DNA of 64,000 nt from an uncultured cyanobacterium (GCA_963749915.1 CAVVOP010000005.1:1-64000); one strand, 5' to 3'; counted from the stretch's first letter, positions 29,796 through 40,629 are shown. Translations and numbers: made by a program. The notes: generated from the letters alone by a model not told the origin.

Positions 29796-32711
29796 TTAGA
29801 TGGGAAAACGTTTCATTTTTAAAGCCGCCTCTTTCGCTGTTTTAATTAAATTGGTGGCAACTCCCGGCACTTGGGGTATTTGTACTAACACGTCCACTGT
29901 ACGTCTCAAAATGCGGACAATATCACCTTCATCAAGGGTTGTATTAGATGAAATTTCTTCCCATGTTGCCCCTAAACACCAAGCTTCGGATAATCCTATC
30001 ATATCTCGCTCTAACCACACAGGCATAGCAATATCATGTCGTTTTTGGGTTTGATACAGTCGGCGGCGAATTTCCCACAATTCCTGTTCAGGGTTATAGT
30101 TAAGATCTTCTATTTTTTGTAACCCCAAAGCGTCCAATACCTCTGGCGATGGTTGAAAACCAACCCATGTATCAAATCGCGGCGGTTCAGTAATTAATGC
30201 CGTAATGACAGGTGCGAGGTGATGGGGAGGTAAAAAATCGAGACGATGAGACGTCAATGCTAATCCTAACCATAATTCATTTTCCCCTCTGATGACGGCG
30301 GCGGCTTCTCCTAAGGGGGTGGGAGTAAATTTGTCTAAAGCACCAAATTCTCGTAAAATTTCAATTAATGCCATAAATTCTTGCCAATAATACGAACTAC
30401 TCGACTTATATCTTTGATATTGGGTTTGAATTTTGCTCAATTCTTGTTTTAACATTTGTCTTTTGCGGTTATTTTTGAGGATTTGGGCAATTTTTTCGAC
30501 ACTATCTAGGGGATTTTTAGCGATCGCTTTATCTAGTTCTAAAATTCGCTGTTGTTGTACAATAATTTCCTCACTAGGGGGTGTATATTCTTGTTCATAC
30601 TCACTAAGAAGTTGACTGATAGCTCGAGTATTCTCATCTCCATGACACCATAAACCAATTTTCACCTCTTGACCATCGGGAATATACAATTGTTCGATAA
30701 GATTACTAGGAATACTAGCCTTGTTAATATCAATTACATCGGTAAAAGAAGCAATATACCAGTTATTATCTTTACCTAAACACAGCAAAAATTTTTGATT
30801 GCCGTTAGGAATATGTGCCACAAAAACCCCTTGCATACTATAAGGATTTTTCTTGTTTTCTCGGCTTAAATTGAGAATGTCACCCGGGGATAAATTCTCT
30901 AAATAAGGCATAGTCGCCCGTTGTCTTTGCTGTACCCAATTTCTATGGAATAATTTAAGGATTTTCTTCTCTTGTTTCCGTGTTTCTTTTAATTTCTCGT
31001 AACTAGCCAGATCTTTGCTGTTAAATCCCGCTAACATAATATCCAATTTTGTTAACTCTGTAGTGTAATCTGCGATCGCTTCTTCTTGGGGAGAAAGTTG
31101 TAATTGTGCCAAATATTCCGCAAAACTCAACTCTAGTAACTGTTTCGCCTGGTCAATGGTATGTTTCTGTAATAAATTCAAGACCATGCCATAACTAGGA
31201 GTAAACTGACTGCGTAAAGGTTCAGGGGGGGCTTTTGCTAATTTGGAGGCGATTAAAGCACCTTCAAAAGGGGTTTGAACAGTGATAACGTATCCCACCC
31301 TATCCATCCCTCTGCGCCCTGCCCTCCCCGCAATTTGTGAAAACTCTGAGGGAGTTAATAAACAGTGTCCATCATCACTTCTTTTTTTCAACGCCGAGAT
31401 AACGGTAGTACGTGCCGGCATATTAATCCCGGCGGCAAGAGTGGCGGTAGCAAAAACAATCTTTACTAAACCCAACTCAAATAATCGTTCGACTAATTCT
31501 TTCCATGGGGGTAAAATTCCCGCATGATGGGCGGCAATTCCCCTGGTTAAAGGCTCAATTTGACTACTTCTAACTAGCTCACTATGATCTGCTAAAAATC
31601 TTAATAAACGTTCCTTAAATAAAGGTTTGTCAATCAAATAATTAACTAAATCTTCCCCCGCTTGATCATTATTACCGATAAAAGCGATAATTTTTTGATA
31701 GGCTATTTCATGCTCTTTTTTGGCAAAATCGACTATTTTAGCTTGTAAGTCTAAATTTTCAATCATTAAAAAATAGAGCAAATAAAGCAAAATTTTCCTA
31801 CTTTCCTCTACATTAACTAAATTCAAATAACTTAAAGATTCCACCGCTTGATCACAACCTCGACGACTAAAAATAATATAGATAGCCGGAAGCATATTAT
31901 TATTACTTAATTGCTGTACAATTGTCTTAATAGTCGGGCAGTCTTTTTGATTAAATTTACCTCTTTGATTACTACCTAAAATACCTTTTAATTGTGGATT
32001 TAACTTGTGATTTTTTTCGTTAAAGAGTGGATATAAACCTTTATTATGACTAAAATAAAACTTTAATGGGACGGGACGAAAATCAGAGTTAACTAATTTG
32101 CATTCGCTAATTATACCCTGTTGAAAATTGGCCTGACGAACATTATTAATCCAACGGCACAATTCTTGGGGGTTCCCAATAGTCGCCGATAAAGCCACTA
32201 ATTGAATATGAGGAGGACAATAAATAATTGATTCTTCCCACACTGTACCCCGACCAGGATCACTAATATAATGACACTCATCTAATACTACCGTCTGCAC
32301 ATCCCGAACCGAAGTACCAACTTCACCGATGGGGGTACTATAAAGCATGTTGCGAAAAATTTCTGTCGTCATCACAATAACAGGGGCAGAAGGATTGATT
32401 AACACATCACCAGTAATCAAGCCAATTTCGGCATAAGTGCCAGTTTCTGATAATAAATTTTGACCAAATTTATCTTGAAAATCTCGAAATTTTTGGTTAG
32501 AAAGGGCTTTTAATGGAGTGGTGTAAAAAACTCTTTTTTCCTCTATTAAAGCTCGATAAATGGCATATTCTCCTATTAACGTTTTGCCTGATCCTGTTGG
32601 TGCAGTGACAACCACAGATTTATTTTCATCTAAATAACTCATCGCTTCTTGCTGAAAATCATCTAACTTATAAGGAAAAATGGTATTAAAATCTAGGACA
32701 ATGGGATTCAT
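29796..32711 (-). CDS. Ski2-like (HelY/DSHCT) superfamily II RNA helicase
   Basis: APTGSGKT, DECH, LSAT, QIAGRAGRRG, C-terminal LDEGDIVR. Confidence 0.92.
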   Translation of the reverse strand: MNPIVLDFNTIFPYKLDDFQQEAMSYLDENKSVVVTAPTGSGKTLIGEYAIYRALIEEKRVFYTTPLKALSNQKFRDFQDKFGQNLLSETGTYAEIGLITGDVLINPSAPVIVMTTEIFRNMLYSTPIGEVGTSVRDVQTVVLDECHYISDPGRGTVWEESIIYCPPHIQLVALSATIGNPQELCRWINNVRQANFQQGIISECKLVNSDFRPVPLKFYFSHNKGLYPLFNEKNHKLNPQLKGILGSNQRGKFNQKDCPTIKTIVQQLSNNNMLPAIYIIFSRRGCDQAVESLSYLNLVNVEESRKILLYLLYFLMIENLDLQAKIVDFAKKEHEIAYQKIIAFIGNNDQAGEDLVNYLIDKPLFKERLLRFLADHSELVRSSQIEPLTRGIAAHHAGILPPWKELVERLFELGLVKIVFATATLAAGINMPARTTVISALKKRSDDGHCLLTPSEFSQIAGRAGRRGMDRVGYVITVQTPFEGALIASKLAKAPPEPLRSQFTPSYGMVLNLLQKHTIDQAKQLLELSFAEYLAQLQLSPQEEAIADYTTELTKLDIMLAGFNSKDLASYEKLKETRKQEKKILKLFHRNWVQQRQRATMPYLENLSPGDILNLSRENKKNPYSMQGVFVAHIPNGNQKFLLCLGKDNNWYIASFTDVIDINKASIPSNLIEQLYIPDGQEVKIGLWCHGDENTRAISQLLSEYEQEYTPPSEEIIVQQQRILELDKAIAKNPLDSVEKIAQILKNNRKRQMLKQELSKIQTQYQRYKSSSSYYWQEFMALIEILREFGALDKFTPTPLGEAAAVIRGENELWLGLALTSHRLDFLPPHHLAPVITALITEPPRFDTWVGFQPSPEVLDALGLQKIEDLNYNPEQELWEIRRRLYQTQKRHDIAMPVWLERDMIGLSEAWCLGATWEEISSNTTLDEGDIVRILRRTVDVLVQIPQVPGVATNLIKTAKEAALKMKRFPI

Positions 32712-32991
32712 AGTTATGTAATAATATGATAATTAAGAGCAATTTTAAAATAATTTAATTCCAAAAATTTAACTGTAGAGATATAGTCAAAATATTATAC
32801 TTTTTACATCAAGTAAGAAATAGTAAAGAAACAATAAAAAAGTTAAAAAAGAAGTAACAACTTGTTTGAAAAGTTAAAATAGAGCTCAATATTTTGAGAT
32901 TTAGTTTCTAATTGTCTAACCATAATATGAATCATACTAGCAGAAATCATCTTTTTTCCTCAACTGGGTCAAATTACTCTTTAAATAGATA

Positions 32992-33020
32992 TTGACATTT
33001 TTAATTGTTGTTGCTATAGT
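32992..33020 (+). promoter_or_regulatory. Sigma70-type promoter for the MerR-vWA operon
   Basis: TTGACA (32992-32997), 17-bp spacer, TATAGT (33015-33020). The ATG follows 6 nt later. Confidence 0.7.
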
Positions 33021-33026
33021 AGAAGT

Positions 33027-33728
33027 ATGAACTTAGAAAATCCAGAATCCAGCCATGAGGAATGGTTAATTGATGAATTTGTGGGGGTAGCTAACCAATT
33101 ATTACCGAATTATCTGCCTGAGATTAAGGGCAATACCAAAGTCAAAGAGGAAATTAATCCTCGTTTAGTCAGGCATTATACTAGTCTGAAATTGATAGAT
33201 GAGCCTACCCGGAAAAATCGTTATGCTTTCTATAATTACCGTCATCTTTTGCAACTACTTTTAGTGAGACGGTTGTTAAGTGATGGTGTTGGTGCGGCAG
33301 CGATTAATGATTTGTTAACAACTAAAACTAATGAGGAATTAAAAAGCCTACTCATCGGCGGTATTACTATCAATATTACCACTGCCCATCAATATCCTAC
33401 TGCTACGAACTCCGCTTTAGAATATTTAGCTAATTTAAAGCATAAAAAGCAAGAAAATTCCCGTGACAATTATCAAGATATTCAGCAAAATCAAGCCAAT
33501 TTTATCCTTAAGAAGGAATCTTTTCCGTCATTACAAAATAAAGAGATTCAAAATCAATCATCTTTTTCTAACCTTGAACAATGGACACATTTACGTATAT
33601 TAAATGGTTTAGAATTACACATTCGAGATGATTTTGTTTATCCTAATAGTATCAAAGAACAAGAATCTCTTAATCAACATTTAATTAACATTTTCGCTCA
33701 ATGGTTAACAAGAAAAAAAAATGAGTAA
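33027..33728 (+). CDS. MerR-family HTH regulator
   Basis: RLVRHYTSLKLIDEP...YNYRHLLQLLLVRRL MerR-like winged HTH. Confidence 0.75.
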   Translation: MNLENPESSHEEWLIDEFVGVANQLLPNYLPEIKGNTKVKEEINPRLVRHYTSLKLIDEPTRKNRYAFYNYRHLLQLLLVRRLLSDGVGAAAINDLLTTKTNEELKSLLIGGITINITTAHQYPTATNSALEYLANLKHKKQENSRDNYQDIQQNQANFILKKESFPSLQNKEIQNQSSFSNLEQWTHLRILNGLELHIRDDFVYPNSIKEQESLNQHLINIFAQWLTRKKNE

Positions 33729-34959
33729 TTTAACGCCCCAAGTCCAATTTATTCCCCTTCGCAATGCTATTTCTCGTGATAGTGTTACTCACCTGGATTT
33801 AATTGTCAGAATTATGACACCAGAAATAAAAACTAATAAATCACGTCCGCCTTTAAATTTAGGTTTGGTGATTGACAGATCTGGCTCAATGCAAGGTAAA
33901 AAAATAGAATATGCCCAAAAAGCCGCTTGTTATGCAGTTACTCAGTTATTATCAACTGATAGAATTAGCATCACTGTTTATGATGATCAAGTAGAGGTAA
34001 TTGTTCCTAGTATTTTGGCTACTGATAAAGAATATATCCTCAATAAAATTAAGAGAATAACTCCTCGAAATATGACGGCTTTGTATGATGGTTGGTTGGA
34101 AGGTGCAACCCAAGTAAGTAAATATATTCAACCTGAACAGTTAAACCGTGTTATTCTTTTATCGGATGGTTTGGCTAATGTGGGGGAAACTAATCCCGAC
34201 ACTATTGGTAATAGTGTCCACGGTTTAAGTCAACACGGGGTCAGCACTACAACTATGGGCATCGGCGACGACTTCAACGAAGATTTAATGCAGGGTATCG
34301 CCCTTAGCGGTGATGGTAACTATTATTATATTCAAGATCCTGAACAATTACCGAGTATTTTTGACGGTGAATTGCAAGGGATTATAGCAACCATCGGACA
34401 GAAAGTGAGTATCGGCATCAAAACCTTAGCACAAGTGCAATTGGTGGATGTTTTCAACGATTTAGAAAAAACCGAATTTGGCAATTATAAATTACCTAAT
34501 CTCATCGCTGGTAATCATATTGATGTGGTGTTGCGTTTAAAAATTCCTGGTTTGTCACAGTCAATGATATTGGCTGATTTTCGCTTAGCATTTGACGATA
34601 TTGAGACAAAATCGAGAAAAGTGTCCCATCACCAACTACAGTTACCCATTGTCACCAGTGCGGAATTGTCGGAATATCCTGTCAATGAGAAAGTGAAGGC
34701 AAAAGTTGTTCAATTAAGTACGTCACGGGCGAAGGAAGAGGCGATCAAAAGCCTTGACAGGGGGGATATTGCTGGTACAAGAGAACGATTACAAACAGCT
34801 AGACAAGAGATGATAGATGCTGGTGTCAGTTTCAGTTTCCAAGAACCAGAAATGAAGGAAATTGATGAATTATTGGACGATTTAGAGACGGGAAATAGTA
34901 AGAGTATGCGTAAAAAAGCCAGTTATCAAAACTATCAAAAACGCCGTAACCGAGAATAA
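33721..34959 (+). CDS. von Willebrand factor A domain protein
   Basis: MIDAS motif DRSGSM, T-x-L, LLSDGLAN; overlaps the upstream gene by 8 nt. Confidence 0.9.
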   Translation: MSNLTPQVQFIPLRNAISRDSVTHLDLIVRIMTPEIKTNKSRPPLNLGLVIDRSGSMQGKKIEYAQKAACYAVTQLLSTDRISITVYDDQVEVIVPSILATDKEYILNKIKRITPRNMTALYDGWLEGATQVSKYIQPEQLNRVILLSDGLANVGETNPDTIGNSVHGLSQHGVSTTTMGIGDDFNEDLMQGIALSGDGNYYYIQDPEQLPSIFDGELQGIIATIGQKVSIGIKTLAQVQLVDVFNDLEKTEFGNYKLPNLIAGNHIDVVLRLKIPGLSQSMILADFRLAFDDIETKSRKVSHHQLQLPIVTSAELSEYPVNEKVKAKVVQLSTSRAKEEAIKSLDRGDIAGTRERLQTARQEMIDAGVSFSFQEPEMKEIDELLDDLETGNSKSMRKKASYQNYQKRRNRE

Positions 34960-35005
34960 AATAAGGAGGGATTATTATAGAGAGAGGAAGAAGGAGGCTA
35001 AAAAT

Positions 35006-35563
35006 ATGATTACTACTCTTAAAAAGACTCTAACTTTAGGGGAGTTTTTACAACAACCAGAAACCAAACCACCCCAAGAATTTATTGAGGGAGAAATACG
35101 ATTAAAACCCATGCCCCAAGGACAGCATAGTCGTCTGCAAATCAAACTCTGTACTGCTATTAATCAGGTGACGGAATCGCAAAAAATAGCTTATGCTTTC
35201 CCTGAATTACGTTGTACTTTTGCTCAAAGATCCATCGTTCCTGATGTGGTAGTTTTTGAATGGGATAGAATCCCCCGTACAGAAAAAGGAAGAATAGCCA
35301 ATCGTTTCAATAATTACCCTGATTGGAGTATCGAAATTTTATCCCCTGAGCAAAGTTATATAAAAGTGTTAGATAATTTATTATTTTGTTCTGAACATGG
35401 CACTCAATTAGGATGGTTAATTAATCCAGAAGAAGAAGTTCTTTTGGTTGTTTTTCCTGAACAAAAAGTTAAGTTATTTAAAGCAAATGACCCCTTACCA
35501 GTTTTAGATAAAATAGAATTAAAATTAACTGGTAATGACGTTTTTGATTGGCTGAATATGTAA
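35006..35563 (+). CDS. Uma2-family endonuclease-like protein
   Basis: PMPQGQHS, PELRCTF, VPDV, PDWSIEILSP, GWLINP. Confidence 0.9.
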   Translation: MITTLKKTLTLGEFLQQPETKPPQEFIEGEIRLKPMPQGQHSRLQIKLCTAINQVTESQKIAYAFPELRCTFAQRSIVPDVVVFEWDRIPRTEKGRIANRFNNYPDWSIEILSPEQSYIKVLDNLLFCSEHGTQLGWLINPEEEVLLVVFPEQKVKLFKANDPLPVLDKIELKLTGNDVFDWLNM

Positions 35564-35664
35564 AGGTTCCAGAACAGATAATTGCAGTTGTTTTCGAAGT
35601 TTGACAAAAGAGGGACAAGAAATAATATTTTTATCGATTTAAAAATTAACATTCGACAAAGCTT

Positions 35665-36402
35665 TCAGACTTTTTTGTCTCCCTTCAGCAATGGCACGAA
35701 CCGCACAGGAATAGTTCTCTCCTCAATCACGCCCTTGGGTTTCTTCGTCAGCACCACAATATTCTGATACCGCTTCCCGACTGGAATCACCATCCTCCCC
35801 TCGATGGCCAGTTGGTCAATTAAAGGTTGAGGGATGTGGTCTGGTGCGGCCGTAACTAAGATTGCGTCGTAGGGTGCGTGTTCCGCCCAACCCCAATATC
35901 CATCACTCGTCTTGAAGTGGATGTTTTTATAGCCAAGGGTTTTGAGGGTGCGGTGGGCCAGTTCAGCGAGTTCGGGGATAATCTCGATGGTGTAAACTTC
36001 TCCCGCTAATTCACCCAAGATCGCCGCCTGATAGCCACACCCTGTGCCAATTTCTAACACTCTATCCTCTGGGGAAATCTTCGCCGCCTCAGTCATGTAA
36101 GCAACAATATAGGGCTGAGAGATAGTCTGGTCATGGCTGATGGGCAGGGGATTATCTGCATAAGCAAGGTGGGCAAGGGGAGGCTCGACGAATCGATGAC
36201 GAGGTACGGTTAACATGGCCTGCAAAACTGCTTTATCCTCTATCCCCCGTGCCCGAATCTGATGCTCCACCATGTACTGGCGGTCAACCGTCAACCGTTT
36301 GGCTGTCAGGTCTGCGTCCTGTCCGATCATTGAAGAGAAATTCTGATTCGCTACCGCCCAATTGGGCAAGCTCAATAAGATAATGGAGACAAACATAGAC
36401 AC
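35665..36402 (-). CDS. pcm: Protein-L-isoaspartate O-methyltransferase
   Basis: VPRHRFV, QTISQPYIV, VLEIGTGCGY, APYDAILVTAA, VRFVPL. Confidence 0.93.
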   Translation of the reverse strand: MSMFVSIILLSLPNWAVANQNFSSMIGQDADLTAKRLTVDRQYMVEHQIRARGIEDKAVLQAMLTVPRHRFVEPPLAHLAYADNPLPISHDQTISQPYIVAYMTEAAKISPEDRVLEIGTGCGYQAAILGELAGEVYTIEIIPELAELAHRTLKTLGYKNIHFKTSDGYWGWAEHAPYDAILVTAAPDHIPQPLIDQLAIEGRMVIPVGKRYQNIVVLTKKPKGVIEERTIPVRFVPLLKGDKKV

Positions 36403-36874
36403 AACCTCCCTTTATAGCATCCGAATAGACAAAAGTCTGTGGCGGGGCAAAAGCACTTTATTCTTATAAAGAGCTCACAGCAAAGATCCCACTTATAATC
36501 CTCTCGCGAATGCAGTCTAAAACCAATATGAGAGCAATGACACTGTAGTTGCAACTCAAGTTACAGGCTCCCCCACTACCCCCATTCTAAGTCAAAAACT
36601 TTTTGATGTCAATTACTTTTGGACTTTTCTCAGGGTAATCGCATTTTGATTGAGTAACTGAGTGAACATCAGTTAACGTAGGCGGTGTTTAAGCGAAGTG
36701 AGATGAATATGGAAGGCGATCGCGTTTACTATCATTAAGATTCCAAGTTTTTTACTCAATGGCAAAACTTCCGGCTTGACGCAAATAATTTTGATAAAAT
36801 AAAATGCCTAGATAAAGCAAAACTTCTTTACCACACATCAAAAACACCAGAAAGTTACTGCCAACAGTTATCAC

Positions 36875-38572
36875 ATGAAATTTACGATACTCTTTGTTAT
36901 TGTTTTGTGCCTATCGATTATTTATTCTCTAAGAGTCTCACCATTCTCTGTCAATATGGCAACTACATCCCCCGGTCTGTTAAGCGATCCTTTCTTACAA
37001 TTACCGACTTCTGATTCTATAAGAGTAGTTTGGTTTACTGAATTCCCGAGTGATCGCTCTTATGTTAAATATGGTGGACAATTAGAAAAGGAAACGGACG
37101 CCACTACGACTAAAGTTAGTCGGCTCAGAGAAGACCAAGACTCCCTCGTAAATCGAGAATATGCTCAACCTACGGTAAGGGATATTTGGCGACATGAGGC
37201 CATAGTAACGGGGTTAACTCCTAACCAAAGAGTTCCCTATCAAGTAGTAAGTGTCAAAGACCAAGAAGTAATTAGTAGTCAACAATTTAATCTAGCGAGT
37301 ACCCCCCCACCAGACACACCCCTCAAAATTTTGCTAACTTCCGATCATCAATTAATGCCAATGACTACTGCTAATTTACAAAAAGTAGTAGAAACAGTAG
37401 GAAGATTAGATGCGGTTTTTTTGGCTGGAGATTTGGTAAATATTCCCGATCGGGCTTCAGAATGGTTTGATGATAGTAGAGGTGGTGCTTTTTTTCCTAG
37501 TTTGCAAGGTCGAGGCCACTACAAGTTAGGCGATGTTACTTACAAAGGAGGGAAGATTCTTCAGTATGCACCTTTATTTACCGCTTTGGGTAATCATGAA
37601 GTAATGGGGCGATTCTCCACTACTAAGTCCCTCAAAGATCAGTTTGATGATTCAATTCCTCGCTCTGTCGCCAAACAACTTTATCCCCAAGAAGATCTCA
37701 AAAACAATTCTTTTAACACTGATACTTACGAAGAGATATTTACCTTACCACAAAGTCAGTCGGGAGGAGAAAAATATTATGCTGTTACTTTCGGCGATGT
37801 TCGGTTAGTGGTTTTGTGTGTAACTAGTATGTGGCGATCGCCATCAATGGACTCTGATGTTAAGGGAAGATATCAAGAAAGCATCAAAGATTTAAACTAT
37901 CCGGAAAATTGGGGTTATGGACAGCATATTTTTGAACCAATAAGCCGAGATAGTCCGCAATACATTTGGTTAAAAACAGAATTAGCCAGTGATGCTTTTA
38001 AGGAAGCCAAATATAAAATAGTCATGTTTCATAATCCCCCTCATACTTTAGGGGGTAATATTGTGCCTCCCTACACCGATCCTCAAGCTGTTATTCAGCA
38101 TAACCACGATGGTACAATTCAATCTATCAAATATGAATATCCCATGGAGCAAGACTATATTGTTCGCGATCTGATTCCTCTATTAGAACCTGCTGGCGTG
38201 CAGTTAGTTTATTATGGACATTCCCATCTCTGGAATCGTTTTGCGACTACATCAGGAATGCAATTTTTAGAATCATCTAATGTAGGCAATACTTATGGAG
38301 CACATTTAGGAGAGAAGAAACGTCCAGTTCCTCCTCATAACCCCAATTATGCACAAGTGGGCAATCCTAATGGTTTAAAGCCAATTATTCCTACTATTGC
38401 CCCGTTACAGGATGAAAACGGTGGTGATCTCCCCTATATTGCCAGCAATGATCTTACTGTTTTTAGCATCCTCGATACTGAGAAGGGAGAAGTAAGCAGT
38501 TATCGCTTTGATACTCGTCAACCATCTTCGGAAGTGATTAAGTTTGATGAGTTTAAGATGAGCAAGTCTTAA
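36875..38572 (+). CDS. Secreted metallophosphoesterase (purple acid phosphatase-like)
   Basis: Signal peptide; SDHQ, AGDLV, GNHE and GHSH motifs. Confidence 0.85.
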   Translation: MKFTILFVIVLCLSIIYSLRVSPFSVNMATTSPGLLSDPFLQLPTSDSIRVVWFTEFPSDRSYVKYGGQLEKETDATTTKVSRLREDQDSLVNREYAQPTVRDIWRHEAIVTGLTPNQRVPYQVVSVKDQEVISSQQFNLASTPPPDTPLKILLTSDHQLMPMTTANLQKVVETVGRLDAVFLAGDLVNIPDRASEWFDDSRGGAFFPSLQGRGHYKLGDVTYKGGKILQYAPLFTALGNHEVMGRFSTTKSLKDQFDDSIPRSVAKQLYPQEDLKNNSFNTDTYEEIFTLPQSQSGGEKYYAVTFGDVRLVVLCVTSMWRSPSMDSDVKGRYQESIKDLNYPENWGYGQHIFEPISRDSPQYIWLKTELASDAFKEAKYKIVMFHNPPHTLGGNIVPPYTDPQAVIQHNHDGTIQSIKYEYPMEQDYIVRDLIPLLEPAGVQLVYYGHSHLWNRFATTSGMQFLESSNVGNTYGAHLGEKKRPVPPHNPNYAQVGNPNGLKPIIPTIAPLQDENGGDLPYIASNDLTVFSILDTEKGEVSSYRFDTRQPSSEVIKFDEFKMSKS

Positions 38573-38661
38573 TGACAAAAAAGCGGCGATCGCAGTTTAG
38601 CCTACTTCACCTGAGTTCTATCAGAAAAAAAGTAGAGAGTTGAGTTATAAGAGACGTCTAA

Positions 38662-39066
38662 TTAAAGATTAGTGGTAATGGCTTGTACTGGACAAGTAGG
38701 AATACACTGTTCACAGACAATACAGGTTTGTTGGCGAAATTGTAATTTATAGGTATTCGGATTGAGAGTTAAGGATTCCGTAGGACATACTCCTGTACAT
38801 AATCCACAGTGTACGCAGGTTTCTTCATCGATAACAATTTCCCCTGTGGTGAGGGAAACGTTGATATTATTGGCTTTCATCCAGTCAATGGCGGCATCTA
38901 ATTGATCTATGTCTCCGGACAATTCCAATACTAACTTCCCCACTTGATTCGGTGCGACTTGTCCTCTGATAATGTTAGCAGCGATGTTAAAGTCCTTGGC
39001 CAATCTATAGGTAACGGGCATTTGAACTACTGTGTGCGGAAAGGTCAAATTTACTCTTTTTTTCAT
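38662..39066 (-). CDS. NIL-domain 4Fe-4S ferredoxin
   Basis: MKKRVNLTFP NIL domain; two CxxCxxCxxxCP motifs. Confidence 0.9.
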   Translation of the reverse strand: MKKRVNLTFPHTVVQMPVTYRLAKDFNIAANIIRGQVAPNQVGKLVLELSGDIDQLDAAIDWMKANNINVSLTTGEIVIDEETCVHCGLCTGVCPTESLTLNPNTYKLQFRQQTCIVCEQCIPTCPVQAITTNL

Positions 39067-39195
39067 AATATTGGGAAAATTAGTTATTAATAAAAGTTGT
39101 TGCCAGATCAAAAAATTCAGAAATATTTATCCCTAATTCGCCACAAGTTTCTTTATGGGGGAAAATAGAGAAGAATTAAAGAAGGCAGAAGTTGA

Positions 39196-39272
39196 AAGGC
39201 AGTCTCCATGAAAAAAAATTCCCACCATCAGGGATGAAAGTTGGCACTTTCAAGTCAGGAAGGAGGCAGGAG
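39196..39272 (+). repeat. Dispersed intergenic repeat, copy 1
   Basis: Near-identical to 57540-57613; contains hairpin TGAAAGT-TGGC-ACTTTCA. Confidence 0.8.
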
Positions 39273-39412
39273 GAGGGTTAGCGGGGCAATACTGCCTTCT
39301 GCTTCGCCCGAAGGGCAGTTAACTGTTATACTCTATAGAAAATAATTTATTATCGTCTCAATCTTATCAATTATTATATTAGTTCTCAATTATCAGTTAT
39401 TAATCAATTACT

Positions 39413-39964
39413 ATGTCCAAACATAACATTAATCCTGTTAATCGAATCCGTAATATCATTATTGCCTTAACCGCTGTGATTTTTGGGATAGTATTGGTAT
39501 TTAGTTCGCAAACAACTCTTAATTCTGAATCTTTGGAGGCACAATCTCAACAAGCTATCCCCCTAGAAATGGCTGTAAATAATGGTAAACCCTCCCTGGT
39601 AGAATTTTATGCGAATTGGTGTACCAGTTGCCAAGCTATGGCTAGGGATTTGGCACTTTTAAAACAAGAGTATCAACAGGATGTTAATTTTGTGATGCTT
39701 AATGTCGATAACAATAAATGGTTGCCAGAGATTTTAAATTATGGAGTTGATGGCATACCTCACTTTGTCTTTTTAAATACTCAGGGTCAAGCGATCGCTG
39801 AAACCATTGGAGAACAAACGTTAAGCATTTTTGAAGGTAATTTACAAGCACTATTAGCGAATCGACCCCTACCCTACGCCAACACTAGCGGGAATATTTC
39901 TTCCTTGAAACCTAAAAATCAGATTATTGAAGGAAACAAGGATAATCCCAGAGATCACGGTTAA
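39413..39964 (+). CDS. Membrane-anchored thioredoxin-like protein (TxlA/HCF164 type)
   Basis: N-terminal transmembrane segment; EFYANWCTSC; VDGIPHFVF. Confidence 0.85.
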   Translation: MSKHNINPVNRIRNIIIALTAVIFGIVLVFSSQTTLNSESLEAQSQQAIPLEMAVNNGKPSLVEFYANWCTSCQAMARDLALLKQEYQQDVNFVMLNVDNNKWLPEILNYGVDGIPHFVFLNTQGQAIAETIGEQTLSIFEGNLQALLANRPLPYANTSGNISSLKPKNQIIEGNKDNPRDHG

Positions 39965-40049
39965 AAATTGATCATGTACGGACAAAAGTGTTGCTCCCGA
40001 ATTTATCATAACTACCCTGACAGAGCTATATTTAATAGCATTAATTAAC

Positions 40050-40523
40050 ATGAAAAAAACTAAATTATTGTTTGTATGTTTAGGCAACATTTGTCGTTCA
40101 CCTTCTGCAGAAAACATTATGAATTATTTGATTGAAAAAGAAGGTTTAAGAGATAAATTTGAGTGTGATTCTGCTGGAACATCAAGGTATCATATAGGAT
40201 CTTCTCCCGATAAAAGAATGAGAAATTCAGCCCAAAAAAGAGGGATAGAATTAAAGGGAAAAGCAAGACAAATAGAAGATTTTGATCTCGAATATTATGA
40301 CTTGATTTTAGCGATGGATAAGTCTAATTATTATGATATTTTATCCCTGGATCACCAAGGAAAATATAAAGATAAAATTAAATTAATATGTGATTTTACC
40401 ACGAAATTTAAAGAGAAAGAAGTACCAGATCCTTACTATGGGGGAGAATCAGGATTTGATTATGTAATTGATTTATTATTAGATTCCTGTCAGGGATTAT
40501 TAGAATATTGTCAATCAAGCTAA
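40050..40523 (+). CDS. Low-molecular-weight protein-tyrosine phosphatase
   Basis: FVCLGNICRS, DSAGT, VPDPYYG. Confidence 0.95.
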   Translation: MKKTKLLFVCLGNICRSPSAENIMNYLIEKEGLRDKFECDSAGTSRYHIGSSPDKRMRNSAQKRGIELKGKARQIEDFDLEYYDLILAMDKSNYYDILSLDHQGKYKDKIKLICDFTTKFKEKEVPDPYYGGESGFDYVIDLLLDSCQGLLEYCQSS

Positions 40524-40629
40524 CTTCCATTGTTTGAGTCATGTTCAAATCTTCTGGCACTGAAATAGCTTGATATATGGCAGTATTTGGAAAAAGTGGG
40601 ATTATCTGACAAGGCTAATTTCTATACAA

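Noticed and set aside
33027..33728. MerR gene as the CAST regulator cvkR
   Set aside because: It is 32 kb from the CAST end, outside the element, not divergent from cas12k, and coupled to a vWA gene.
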